Origin: an uncultured virus (IMG/VR IMGVR_UViG_2831971958_000015)
Lineage: Duplodnaviria > Heunggongvirae > Uroviricota > Caudoviricetes
Length of the DNA: 37,289 bases
Virus record (IMG/VR): IMGVR_UViG_2831971958_000015
Direction: 5' to 3' (one strand)
The translations under genes and the position numbers were made by a program. Under the pieces are notes generated by a model. The model was not told where the DNA came from, ran no database searches, and saw only the letters and a program-made list of their open reading frames with translations. Shown piece after piece: positions 16,967-26,075 of the stretch (its first letter is position 1; every line of letters starts with the position of its first letter).

Positions 16967-18013
16967 TTATATTGCCACCGGGAGAACGATTGTCTTAAAA
17001 TCGCTGTCCTCGGCCTCGACAATCATAGGCATCTTCGGGCCTCCAAAGGAAAGCCCTACATTCTCACAGTCGAACGCTTTCAGCGTTTCCAGTACCAGCC
17101 GGGCATCAAACCCTATCGTCAGCGTCTCCGCAATGTTCTCCTGAAGCTCTATCGTTTCATGGTAATCCGTGGTCTTATCTTTAATGCTCAGGCTCAGGGA
17201 ACCTCCTTCCAGTTCAAACCTGACCGGACACCGCTCCTCGGTACACATCTTCGCCCTTGTCATCGCATCCAGCAGGGCAATTCTCGATACGACCGTATGT
17301 AACGGAAGTTCCTTGAATAGTGTCTGATACTTGAAATACTCCCCCTCGATCAGCCGGGTATATATTTCAAAATCCTCCGTTATAAATACTGCGCCCGTCT
17401 TATTGTGCCGGATCTGGACCTCCCCGGACAGCCCGAGTGACTTCATCTTATCGACCGTATTTTTCGGTATCAGTAGTTCAAATTCTCCGTCATAGTCTAT
17501 TTTGTCCCATGCCAGCACATGGCCATCCAGTCCGGCAAAATTCAGCTGCCCGCCTGCCGCCTGCAGACACATGGCAGTCATTACCGTATTGGTATTCTGC
17601 GCCGGCACCGCATAGGATACACGTTTCATGGATTCCAAAAGCATTTCTGCTTTAATCCTCAGCTCACTTCCCTCATCCTGAGAAGCCGTTGTAGGAAACT
17701 GTGCCGGATCCAGCGTCTGATACTTATTTTTGATCTTGTCAGCCTTGATCGTGATGATATTGCCAGCCGCAGCGGAAATTTCCATCTCTCCATCCGGCAG
17801 GTTATTGATCAGGTCAAACGCCCTTTCCGGAATGATGAAGGATTCCCCCTCTGTGCCCTCTATCTTCGCCTTAACGGTCATTTCCATATTGCTGGCGATT
17901 AAATAACCATCCCGGACCAAAATACCCTGTAAGACCGGCATGGTGGTTTTCTTCGGCACCACTCCCTTAATTTTGTTCAGCTTCTGAGCCAGGTCTGTTT
18001 TCTGTATTTTCAT
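16967..18013 (-). CDS. dnaN: Phage-encoded DNA polymerase III beta sliding clamp homologue
   Basis: KTTMPVLQGIL, AGLDGHVLA, RLIEGEYFKY, IGFDARLVLETLK, C-terminal IVLPV. Confidence 0.88.
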   Translation of the reverse strand: MKIQKTDLAQKLNKIKGVVPKKTTMPVLQGILVRDGYLIASNMEMTVKAKIEGTEGESFIIPERAFDLINNLPDGEMEISAAAGNIITIKADKIKNKYQTLDPAQFPTTASQDEGSELRIKAEMLLESMKRVSYAVPAQNTNTVMTAMCLQAAGGQLNFAGLDGHVLAWDKIDYDGEFELLIPKNTVDKMKSLGLSGEVQIRHNKTGAVFITEDFEIYTRLIEGEYFKYQTLFKELPLHTVVSRIALLDAMTRAKMCTEERCPVRFELEGGSLSLSIKDKTTDYHETIELQENIAETLTIGFDARLVLETLKAFDCENVGLSFGGPKMPMIVEAEDSDFKTIVLPVAI

Positions 18014-18527
18014 CTTTCAATTCCACTCCTTCCAAAATGAGTATTGTGCATTGCTTCTCCTGCAACCGGTACGGCTCCAGTTCCTGTTCCGTCATAAACT
18101 TATGCCCGAACAACTCTTTCATCTTTTTCCAGATATCCCAGGGAACCCTATAAAACTTCATCAGCCCTACGGATACCATCACATAGCAGTGGGCCCCAAA
18201 CTTCTCATAAATATCAAGGCTTTTCCACTGGGTATCCGTAACGGCATTCTGATTGATTCTGTCGGAATCCGTGTGCTTGGCCTCAAACATAATCCCGCTG
18301 CCATCACATAAAATGCCTTTATAATCCGGCTGCCCTTTCTTTTCATAATAACCACGGACAACTCCTCTTTCGTCCTTGCTGGTGATGTGGAACGGCTCCG
18401 GCGTCTTTTCTATATGCGCCCAGCCATTCCGCAGATAAAATTCACAGGCATCCGTGATCCAGCGCTCAAAGGTTTCTCCGGCAGCTTTGCTCCGCCTCCC
18501 GATCAGCTGCCGCCTCGGATCAGACAT
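17967..18527 (-). CDS. recU: RecU-family Holliday junction resolvase
   Basis: GETFE, IEKTPEP, PDYKG, FEAKHT, Q..L motifs. Confidence 0.82.
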   Translation of the reverse strand: MSDPRRQLIGRRSKAAGETFERWITDACEFYLRNGWAHIEKTPEPFHITSKDERGVVRGYYEKKGQPDYKGILCDGSGIMFEAKHTDSDRINQNAVTDTQWKSLDIYEKFGAHCYVMVSVGLMKFYRVPWDIWKKMKELFGHKFMTEQELEPYRLQEKQCTILILEGVELKDENTENRPGSEAEQN

Positions 18528-18708
18528 TGGCCTCACCAACCTTTGTCAATCCGTCTGCGGCATAACAACCTCTATAACCTTCGAGCCATACACAAAGCGT
18601 TCCACATACTTCCTGCGGTTCTACTGTAACAATAAACTCTTTTCCCTTATTCTTCTCAGGAACATGGTACTTGTCATTCATAACAACCTTATCTCCAACT
18701 TTTAACAT
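18520..18708 (-). CDS. Small hypothetical protein (LKVGDKVV, SH3/KOW-like)
   Basis: GGAGGT RBS, coupled to neighbours. Confidence 0.6.
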   Translation of the reverse strand: MLKVGDKVVMNDKYHVPEKNKGKEFIVTVEPQEVCGTLCVWLEGYRGCYAADGLTKVGEANV

Positions 18709-19088
18709 TCTGCTCTTACCTCCAAATGCTTTTCGAGGATTGCCTGAATGCCCTCCAGCTTAGTTGCCCCGATTCCCCGGACATTTCCAATCTCATTGAT
18801 AATTTTCTCAATGCTGATCGATCTGTATTTAGGTGCCTGAGCCTTTCCCTGGTTAAAACCCTCGCTCCTGGCTTTCTCCACCCGATCCTCCACGTAATGC
18901 ACCAGCTGCTCGTCAGTCATTTTCCGCATCTTTACAGCCTTTTCGTGGATAATACTTTCGTCTGTTGTGCGCCTGCAGTTTCTCTTCTTCGCCATAGCAA
19001 TCTTCCTTTCCTCTCTTGATACTCTCCCTATGGCTATGCCGGCGGTAATGTCAGCATAGCCCTCTCTGTTCCTATTCCATTTACCCAT
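18702..19088 (-). CDS. Hypothetical protein with C-terminal HhH-like motif
   Basis: RNREGYADITA; IGNVRGIGATKL. Confidence 0.6.
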   Translation of the reverse strand: MGKWNRNREGYADITAGIAIGRVSREERKIAMAKKRNCRRTTDESIIHEKAVKMRKMTDEQLVHYVEDRVEKARSEGFNQGKAQAPKYRSISIEKIINEIGNVRGIGATKLEGIQAILEKHLEVRAEC

Positions 19089-20121
19089 CTGTATCACCGG
19101 GGCCTATTGTAATGCTGTCTGCCAATTCTGCCAGATGGGGAATATCCAGCCCCAGATCCCGGCAGAATTTCTTGAAACATTCCTTGCACATAAATCCAAA
19201 CTGTTTCGGCTGCTCTCCGCGCCTGGATCTCGCCAGCAACGTAATCATGTCGCTCTTTTTCAGCCGGACCTTACATTCGGCACAGACATCATATATTTTC
19301 GCTTCCATCTTCGGACTTATCGCCGAGTGCTGAAGCTGCTTTGGGAATTCTCTCCGCATTCCGTCTTCTCCAACGATAGGGAGCAGACTATCCTTCATAA
19401 ACACCGGGATCCCTGACTTCTCACACCATGCCACGATATCCTCTATCCACTCCTTCTGTGGGATGATCCTGTTTTTACTGCGCCCGGTTTCCGCACCGAT
19501 AATTATCCAGTTAGGAGAAAATTCATCCCGCTCCCACAGGCAAAACGGCGCATGAATCGGCTCAATGCTCCAGAATGTATTGTGTGCATTTGACACGAAA
19601 CATTTATCTTCTGGCCTGGTGAGCGTGGATCCGTACCACATATTTTTACCCGCCGGGAGGATTCCGGCTGAATCAATGCGCTTATATCTTTCCGGGTTCT
19701 TTGTGAGAAACAGGTAATTATGTATGGGGTACTTCTGGCAGATATTGAATATCTCCGCAATCCACTCATCCGGCACCCAACTTCCGAACACGTCCGCCAT
19801 GGCGCCTACAAAAATATTGTTTCCCATTTTCAGCTTTGCGGGAGTATCCAGCCGGTACCGGTGCAGCGTAGGGGCAAATCCAAAGGGATATACAAGCGGA
19901 TTCCCTGTTTCATTCAGCATTGGGGCATCCAGCACATATAAGTCTTCTCCCCCATCAGCCGCCGGCACCATGGAATAATCCTTTTTTGCCATCTTATTAA
20001 GCCTTACATCACCGGAAAACCGGGCAACCATGCGCCGGGCATAGCAGTATTCGCAATTACGCCGGCATCCCGTAATGGGATTTAATGTGTGGTCACACCA
20101 CTCTATCTTCGACCTGTTCAT
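19081..20121 (-). CDS. DUF5131 / phage Gp37-Gp68 family radical-SAM-like protein
   Basis: SKIEWCDHTLNPITGC, CRRNCEYC (CxxxCxxC), FVGAMADVF, LTKNPER, WIIIGAETG. Confidence 0.85.
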   Translation of the reverse strand: MNRSKIEWCDHTLNPITGCRRNCEYCYARRMVARFSGDVRLNKMAKKDYSMVPAADGGEDLYVLDAPMLNETGNPLVYPFGFAPTLHRYRLDTPAKLKMGNNIFVGAMADVFGSWVPDEWIAEIFNICQKYPIHNYLFLTKNPERYKRIDSAGILPAGKNMWYGSTLTRPEDKCFVSNAHNTFWSIEPIHAPFCLWERDEFSPNWIIIGAETGRSKNRIIPQKEWIEDIVAWCEKSGIPVFMKDSLLPIVGEDGMRREFPKQLQHSAISPKMEAKIYDVCAECKVRLKKSDMITLLARSRRGEQPKQFGFMCKECFKKFCRDLGLDIPHLAELADSITIGPGDTDG

Positions 20122-20371
20122 GTTCCCCGCTCCTTTCCGCAAACCCTAATTCCTTTTCTTCTTTCCACTCAATTCCCTTGAAGCTGACTTTCTGCCCGCA
20201 CTGATCGCAATATCTCGGCTGGTAATTCGGTCCTGCGTTCAGAATGCTTCCGCACCTGGGACATAAATGCTTCTCGCATTCTGTAATCACAAATCCGTAT
20301 TTCAGATACGTTTCTGTTCTTGCCGCCGGCCTCCTGGCTATGTTCTTGGGAATCCAAACTTTTCTAAGCAT
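20093..20371 (-). CDS. Zinc-ribbon protein
   Basis: CPRCG..YCDQCGQK; GGAGGAGG RBS. Confidence 0.65.
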   Translation of the reverse strand: MLRKVWIPKNIARRPAARTETYLKYGFVITECEKHLCPRCGSILNAGPNYQPRYCDQCGQKVSFKGIEWKEEKELGFAERSGEHEQVEDRVV

Positions 20372-20549
20372 CTGCATCCTCCTCCCAAAATTCCACGAAA
20401 TACATTGTCTGCCCCTTGCCACCGGGGCGCTCCTTTCCGATCCGGGCAGCATATCCCGCTTTTATCAGCAGACAACAAAGAGTATTCCGGTCTTCATCAT
20501 TCAGCTTCATAAGCAGATTTCTGATCTTATGCCTTGCCTTATCCGCCAT
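20364..20549 (-). CDS. Small hypothetical protein
   Basis: GGAGGG RBS; LLIKAGYAARIGKE. Confidence 0.6.
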   Translation of the reverse strand: MADKARHKIRNLLMKLNDEDRNTLCCLLIKAGYAARIGKERPGGKGQTMYFVEFWEEDADA

Positions 20550-20550
20550 T

Positions 20551-22653
20551 TCATCCCGCCCTCCTTCCCTTTACAGAATTTTCTGCCTCGCTCTCCTCCT
20601 TCATTTTTCGCTCGAAAGCCTTAACGAAAGCTTTAACATCTTTTGTCATACCACAGTTCTTTTTGCCTCTGCATTGGATGACTTTTCCGTCTCTATATTC
20701 CAGTGTAAAATAAGGGACGTCCGGAGCAGTTTCCTTTCTAATAAACAGAATCATGGTTTCGCCTTTCGCAACTCGCTCTACATAGGTTCCTACACAGTGA
20801 TGCAACGTCCGGCCCTCTTCCTTAATCTCAGATCCGCTCTTGGGAAGAATGATCATCAAACCTCTGGCCTTCATCATCATCGCCGGAATACCCTCGGCGG
20901 CGTCTAAAGCTTTCTTGATTAACTTCTCTAATTCTTCCTGACGTTTCCGTTCCTGTTCATCCTTAAATGCCTGATATTCTTTCATTACCCTATCATGGGC
21001 CTTTCCAAAATCCGGAGGGAGCAATACATACATATCTTTTATGTCATACTTCAATGTTGCACTCCACGAAATATAGTCCAACCAGTCTTTTGCCAGATTT
21101 CTATATCCCTCACGCATCCGTTCCTTTTTGCTGTAGCTTTCCGGAGAACACCATGCTGCGTGGCAGGGGACTTCTTTATGCTTTGGCAAGACAGTTCTTT
21201 GCTTATCCATATATTTGTTAAACTTCCGTATGCTCATATGGGCATTGATAACCCCGATCAGTTCATCATTTCCTCCGAACCGTTCGCAGAAACCACGGAT
21301 ATCTTCTCCCTGCGGAAGAATATTATCGGATTCACACTGTTTCAGTAACCTTAATTCAGCAGTGCCTCCGTCAATCTCTCTCAGTATTGAGATATATTTT
21401 TTAGATATCCCCAAAATAGTCTCTGGTGTCTTGCCATTTAAATCAAGCTCGTATGCATGCCCTTCCACAATTTCACCGGTCAAATTAACAAGGCCGGCCT
21501 TTAAAAACATTTCCAGATAGGTGTATCGAGGATATGTATTCATAAAGCGCCATACCGGTACTGGATCACAGGCAAGTTTCTTTTGGTATAAGTCCAAAGC
21601 GCAATACCGGTAGAAAGTCCCCTTAAACACCTCCGGCAGGTTCTCTGTATAAACAACAGCACTTGCACAATTTTTATGATTCTGATCTGGACACCAACGC
21701 GGAAGCCCATGCTGTTTGTATATCCCCCATTCATATGAATCAATTTTAATCTCCACGTTATCTTCTTCCAAAAACGCTCTACAGAGTTCACTTATGCTAA
21801 ACGATTCCTTGTAGTTATAATCTCTTTGGATTTCCTGATGGACGTGAAAATATCTCGACACAATCACAGTCGAAACTTTTTGCATCAGGCACACCCATTT
21901 ACTGTCTCTCTGATAGGTCGGAAAATATCCTTTGGGGATGAAAGTTACAGGGCTACCGCAGTTAGGGCAATTCCCCCGCTTTTTATTTCGGGGTTGAACA
22001 GATTTAACATCTATTCGGACAGTCCTTTTGCAATAAGTACAGTATCCCGTTGTCATTTTCTTTTTGCTTGCGGCCTCATACACCAGATACCTTTTATCCC
22101 CCATCGCAATCTCATGCACCCATTTTTCAAATCCTTCCGGCTTTTCTGGTACCATCTCCATTTTCTTATCAATTTTGTCTGTTTCTTTTTTATGCTTAGC
22201 CTTCAGCCGCCTGTCGAGAACTTCATCCTGAAATTTCCAGATTGCATCCCATACATTCGGATCTTCCCCCTCGAAATAGGCTTTCATATAATATTTCGCA
22301 CTGATAAAATCTGAATCTGATGCGAATGTAACATCATGCCCCTTTTCTTTGGTATTCCACCAATACCACCCCAAAATTGACTTGAAACTTCCAGTTTTCC
22401 ATTTCACTCTTGCGCTAGATAGGTCCTGCGTGATATAATCGCTCCGGGAAATAAATGTCCTAAATGCTGCTCCTGTTTTCTCCTTGACGAGTTCTGACCT
22501 CTGGAAGAAATTCAAGAGCAGTATTTTTTCTCCATCCACATCAATAATTTTTGCTGTCGCAATATACCTGTCCCCGTCTGTTCTTTTCGCCAGACGAATC
22601 ATATTTTCAGACGCCTTGGGCTTTTCTATCCTTGAAAGCGATCTCTTATTCAT
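20551..22653 (-). CDS. PcfJ-like domain protein
   Basis: C-terminal EEGRTLHHCVGTY..ILFIRK..PYFTLE..QCRGKKN; internal CxxC pairs; follows a PcfK-like gene. Confidence 0.82.
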   Translation of the reverse strand: MNKRSLSRIEKPKASENMIRLAKRTDGDRYIATAKIIDVDGEKILLLNFFQRSELVKEKTGAAFRTFISRSDYITQDLSSARVKWKTGSFKSILGWYWWNTKEKGHDVTFASDSDFISAKYYMKAYFEGEDPNVWDAIWKFQDEVLDRRLKAKHKKETDKIDKKMEMVPEKPEGFEKWVHEIAMGDKRYLVYEAASKKKMTTGYCTYCKRTVRIDVKSVQPRNKKRGNCPNCGSPVTFIPKGYFPTYQRDSKWVCLMQKVSTVIVSRYFHVHQEIQRDYNYKESFSISELCRAFLEEDNVEIKIDSYEWGIYKQHGLPRWCPDQNHKNCASAVVYTENLPEVFKGTFYRYCALDLYQKKLACDPVPVWRFMNTYPRYTYLEMFLKAGLVNLTGEIVEGHAYELDLNGKTPETILGISKKYISILREIDGGTAELRLLKQCESDNILPQGEDIRGFCERFGGNDELIGVINAHMSIRKFNKYMDKQRTVLPKHKEVPCHAAWCSPESYSKKERMREGYRNLAKDWLDYISWSATLKYDIKDMYVLLPPDFGKAHDRVMKEYQAFKDEQERKRQEELEKLIKKALDAAEGIPAMMMKARGLMIILPKSGSEIKEEGRTLHHCVGTYVERVAKGETMILFIRKETAPDVPYFTLEYRDGKVIQCRGKKNCGMTKDVKAFVKAFERKMKEESEAENSVKGRRAG

Positions 22654-22665
22654 ATTAACCACCCC

Positions 22666-23778
22666 CTACATGCCCATCATTGAGAACAGATCCATCTGGC
22701 CGTCCATCTCTTTCGGGTTTTTCTTGGGCTTCGGCGGCGCTTTAGGCGTTTCTGCTTTAGGAGGAACGGAAACCTTTTCCGTCTTCTCAGCATTTCCTTT
22801 CGCTTTAACCGTTTTTCGTTCTGTCGCAGTTTTTACCTTTTTAGCTTTTTCAGTAGCGGTCTTTTTGGCCTTGTCCTCGGCTGTCTTTTTGGCTTTCTTC
22901 TCTTCCTCAGCCTTATCGTCCTTGTGGTAATAGTCCTCGGCCCATTCATATACCACATCATCACGAACAGCAGCACAATTCCCATGCGCCTGTTGTCTGG
23001 CCTGGCGATAGATATATTCAAAACACTTTTGCCAGGTCTTATGATCCTGCACCACATCCTCGGCCAGCCCTTCATCCTCCCGGCATCTCTCCAGAAGATA
23101 CCCAATAATCGGATCCGCAAAAGATTTGTCTTTGGCCGCCGCCAGCTCCTTTTTCAACTTTTCCTCAGCTCGCTGTTTGACCAGCCTACTGTCTTGTTCG
23201 CTGGTGCTCTTGCCTTCCACTGGTTTGGGCGGCTCCTGGTTGCTTTCAATGTTTTCCCCAGTTACATCAGGTGTGCTATCCGGTTCATCCTCCTCCGCTC
23301 GCTCCGCCTGCGGAGCCTCGCCAGCTTCCGGATCTTCCTCCGTCTGTTCCACAACCAAATCACTTTTCCTATCCGCATTATCTTCCTCCCTGGTGTCCGT
23401 ATTCTCCGCCGCATCCCCGGCGCCGCCGTTCATCAGCCATTCATATTCCTTTTCAAGCCTCTCATTCGTCACATCAAAGAGAGTGTCCCCGGCAGCATCA
23501 TAAAAGACCGTTACCTCTGGACGCCGCAATGTCCTGTACGTCTCGCCCATCACGACAATATCAGGGCTTTTATCCTCGGCATTATATCCGCTTTTCAGAT
23601 ACTCATTTACAACCTGATTCCAGATCGCTCCATAGGCATTCTCCGCTGTGCTTTCAGCCGTGAAGTGCTTAACCTCTTTTTTCTCTTTCATGCTATCCCT
23701 GACTTTCTGCCACGTTTCCGACTGCAGAGCCTTTTTGCTCTCTTCCGACAAATTTCCATCAAATCCTTTGACTCCCAT
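22666..23778 (-). CDS. PcfK-like (AcrIIA9-related family) protein with acidic N-terminal extension
   Basis: IIGYLLERC..KTWQKCFEYI..ARQQ..CAAVRDDVVYEWAEDYY; C-terminal GQMDLF. Confidence 0.72.
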   Translation of the reverse strand: MGVKGFDGNLSEESKKALQSETWQKVRDSMKEKKEVKHFTAESTAENAYGAIWNQVVNEYLKSGYNAEDKSPDIVVMGETYRTLRRPEVTVFYDAAGDTLFDVTNERLEKEYEWLMNGGAGDAAENTDTREEDNADRKSDLVVEQTEEDPEAGEAPQAERAEEDEPDSTPDVTGENIESNQEPPKPVEGKSTSEQDSRLVKQRAEEKLKKELAAAKDKSFADPIIGYLLERCREDEGLAEDVVQDHKTWQKCFEYIYRQARQQAHGNCAAVRDDVVYEWAEDYYHKDDKAEEEKKAKKTAEDKAKKTATEKAKKVKTATERKTVKAKGNAEKTEKVSVPPKAETPKAPPKPKKNPKEMDGQMDLFSMMGM

Positions 23779-24604
23779 ACTGCGCCTCCTTTTCTCCAAA
23801 ATCGAAAAACATATAAAAGTGCTCTTTTTCCACTGTTTTTTCGGTGGTTACAGTTCCACCCATACTTCCCAGCGAATGAAATATCTTCCGCCACTGCCAC
23901 ACATCCGACTGGAACATTGGCATATACCACATTTCCTGCCCCTCGTTTTCCCTGGGGAATAATACCGGGCCGGTCAAAGGGTTGGTAATCGTATTCCCTA
24001 CACAGATATAACCGGCACATCCCAAGAGAGAAAGCTGGATATAACACATCTGAGCCACCACCCGATCCACGTCCTGCCCTACAAAAAGCACATGGTTCTG
24101 GAAATTATATTTGGATCCTTTCAAGGTATTTGCTGCTGCTATCAGTGTTGCCCCTGCGCCGCATGCTGGATCACAAATGGATATGTACCCCTGTTCTTCT
24201 ATCTGCCTGTCAACGTTCTCCACGGTCATCTGCGACATCATTTTGCATACGTTATATGGGGTGAAAAACTGGCCTTTCCAGTGGTTTCCCAAGTTCAGAT
24301 TCATATACATTTTTCCGAGAAAGTCCTGCTCCGGCTCATTTTCCAAAGCCATGACGATGATATTGAGTATCTCCGCCGTTATTTCCACTGATCCGAGTCT
24401 CTCTATACATTGGGCATATTCCTTTTCCCTCGCCTCAAAATGCTTCTGTGTCCGATCTGTCACATTGCTCAGGGTACATGCGATTGCGCTTATCAAGTCG
24501 GCCCATACCTGCCAGGAGCTTCTGGAATAGCAGAGCCGGTTGAATACATCCAAAAATTCCTTTTCGGTACCCTGTATGATTTCACTCCGCTTTGCTCTAG
24601 CCAC
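23759..24604 (-). CDS. N6-DNA-methylase-like SAM-binding protein (HsdM-like core)
   Basis: DFLGKMY, GQFFTPY, DPACGAG; no canonical NPPF/Y. Confidence 0.75.
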   Translation of the reverse strand: MARAKRSEIIQGTEKEFLDVFNRLCYSRSSWQVWADLISAIACTLSNVTDRTQKHFEAREKEYAQCIERLGSVEITAEILNIIVMALENEPEQDFLGKMYMNLNLGNHWKGQFFTPYNVCKMMSQMTVENVDRQIEEQGYISICDPACGAGATLIAAANTLKGSKYNFQNHVLFVGQDVDRVVAQMCYIQLSLLGCAGYICVGNTITNPLTGPVLFPRENEGQEMWYMPMFQSDVWQWRKIFHSLGSMGGTVTTEKTVEKEHFYMFFDFGEKEAQYGSQRI

Positions 24605-25238
24605 CTAAAATCCTCCTTCTTGCCTCCTCAAATTTCCTTGCCCGTTCCTCCATCTGCTCCTGCGTGAGATCTGCCCTCGGATCCGGCGGTCTCTCTGCTG
24701 TCTCAATCCTCGGTGCCGGTTTCTCTTCAATGGGCGGAATATACTGCTCTTGCAGCATTGCTTTCCCCTTTGCCACAAACTCTGGCAGTTGGAGGCTGTC
24801 CTGCAAATCACCAGCCCTGGCTTCATATGCTTCCCTGAAATTCGCTCTGTCAGCTGTCGGATTTTCACTACAACACAGCCTGGTCCATCCGAGATTTTTC
24901 ACTATCGTCCTGGTAAGTTCATCCATGGTTTCAAATGCTTCCTGCGGACGTTCCCGACCATACGTGGATATCGCTTTCTGCACCACGCCCCACGCTTCGT
25001 CAAAGCTCAGCACTGGCTGCCTGCACCGCTCCATGCACAGCTTCCGGATCTCCGCTATGTTCGGGGGGAATACGTTGGTGCATATATGCTCCATAACCGC
25101 ATTTTCAGCCACCTCATAGGGGATGTCTCTCAGCATCATGTACCAGAAATCCATAGATGCCTTATCCTCCAGTATCTTTGAAGCCGGGTAGGCAGATTTG
25201 ATTCCGATGGAAATTGTTGCAAACTGCTGTTTATCCAT
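24597..25238 (-). CDS. Replicative helicase loader/inhibitor (SPP1 G39P-like)
   Basis: WYMMLRDIPYE..AV..H...FPPNIAEI; directly after the initiator. Confidence 0.72.
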   Translation of the reverse strand: MDKQQFATISIGIKSAYPASKILEDKASMDFWYMMLRDIPYEVAENAVMEHICTNVFPPNIAEIRKLCMERCRQPVLSFDEAWGVVQKAISTYGRERPQEAFETMDELTRTIVKNLGWTRLCCSENPTADRANFREAYEARAGDLQDSLQLPEFVAKGKAMLQEQYIPPIEEKPAPRIETAERPPDPRADLTQEQMEERARKFEEARRRILGG

Positions 25239-26025
25239 TATTCGCCCACTCCCTTGCTCCCGCTGCAAACTGCTCTACTCTGGAAGCGCCGGCAGGCTCC
25301 CGGTTTGCTATGGGCCTATACCTCGGCGTCCCTCCCCGATCCTGCTCTTTTTGCAGCCATGTTGTTATAAAGCGCGTGATTCCGCGTGCCGTTTTTCTCT
25401 TTGCCGGATTAGACATCAGCCAGCCTTTCATGTTCCGCAGGCATTGCATGACATCAACAGCCGGATAAAGTTCCATCCATCCCTCCACGTCTCCCCGTGT
25501 GACGGCATATTCCTCCCCGGTATTCAGGGAGAGCGTGATCACCGGCGGCTCCGCAGCGGCTTTCTGCTCGGAGCATATATCCGCATTGGATTCCGATTCG
25601 GATTTGGATTCCGATTGGATTGGATTACGGACGCATTTGTTGTCCGATGCTTCCTTTTGCTGTCCTTTGCTGTCATTTGACAGCAGAAGTTCACAATCGC
25701 ATGTGTACTCCGGATATTTACTTTTCTGGTTACGGATCCTCTGATGTTCCGCCCAAGTTACCAATTGCAGGTACGGTCTTCCCTGTGCCTTATACACTCG
25801 GACCAAGCCTACCGCCGACAACTTATCAAGCGCTTTATCAATATCCTTTTCCGTAACATCCTTTAAGGGAAAGCATGAACCCTTGATTATCTTTGCCCTG
25901 CCGTCATATCTCCCAAAATCATCACAGATCACAATCAGCCTATAGAACAGAACTTCTTCAAACCAGGATAAGGAATCTATTTCTTCACTTCTGCAAATGC
26001 TCTCTTTCAATATCCTGTTTGGCAT
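25231..26025 (-). CDS. Phage replication initiator
   Basis: MPNRILKESI..LFYRLIVICDDFGR N-terminus, low-complexity linker, C-terminal YPAVDV..MKGWL..NP..RKT..GI.RFI..WL; contains iterons. Confidence 0.78.
   Translation of the reverse strand: MPNRILKESICRSEEIDSLSWFEEVLFYRLIVICDDFGRYDGRAKIIKGSCFPLKDVTEKDIDKALDKLSAVGLVRVYKAQGRPYLQLVTWAEHQRIRNQKSKYPEYTCDCELLLSNDSKGQQKEASDNKCVRNPIQSESKSESESNADICSEQKAAAEPPVITLSLNTGEEYAVTRGDVEGWMELYPAVDVMQCLRNMKGWLMSNPAKRKTARGITRFITTWLQKEQDRGGTPRYRPIANREPAGASRVEQFAAGAREWANNG
25578..25686. repeat. Putative replication origin inside the initiator gene: GGATT(C/T) short repeats plus five 10-bp iterons
   Basis: TTGTTGTCCG/ATGCTTCCTT/TTGCTGTCCT/TTGCTGTCAT/TTGACAGCAG in tandem at 25637-25686. 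Confidence 0.6.
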
Positions 26026-26075
26026 CCCACCACTCCTTTCATTCCCGGAGAGCGTTTCCGCCCTCCGGCATATTT

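Noticed and set aside
22924..23988. Long + strand ORFs (also 2943-3740, 8421-9311, 28971-29915, 30562-31455)
   Set aside because: Antisense shadows of well-supported minus-strand genes, with no recognisable motifs
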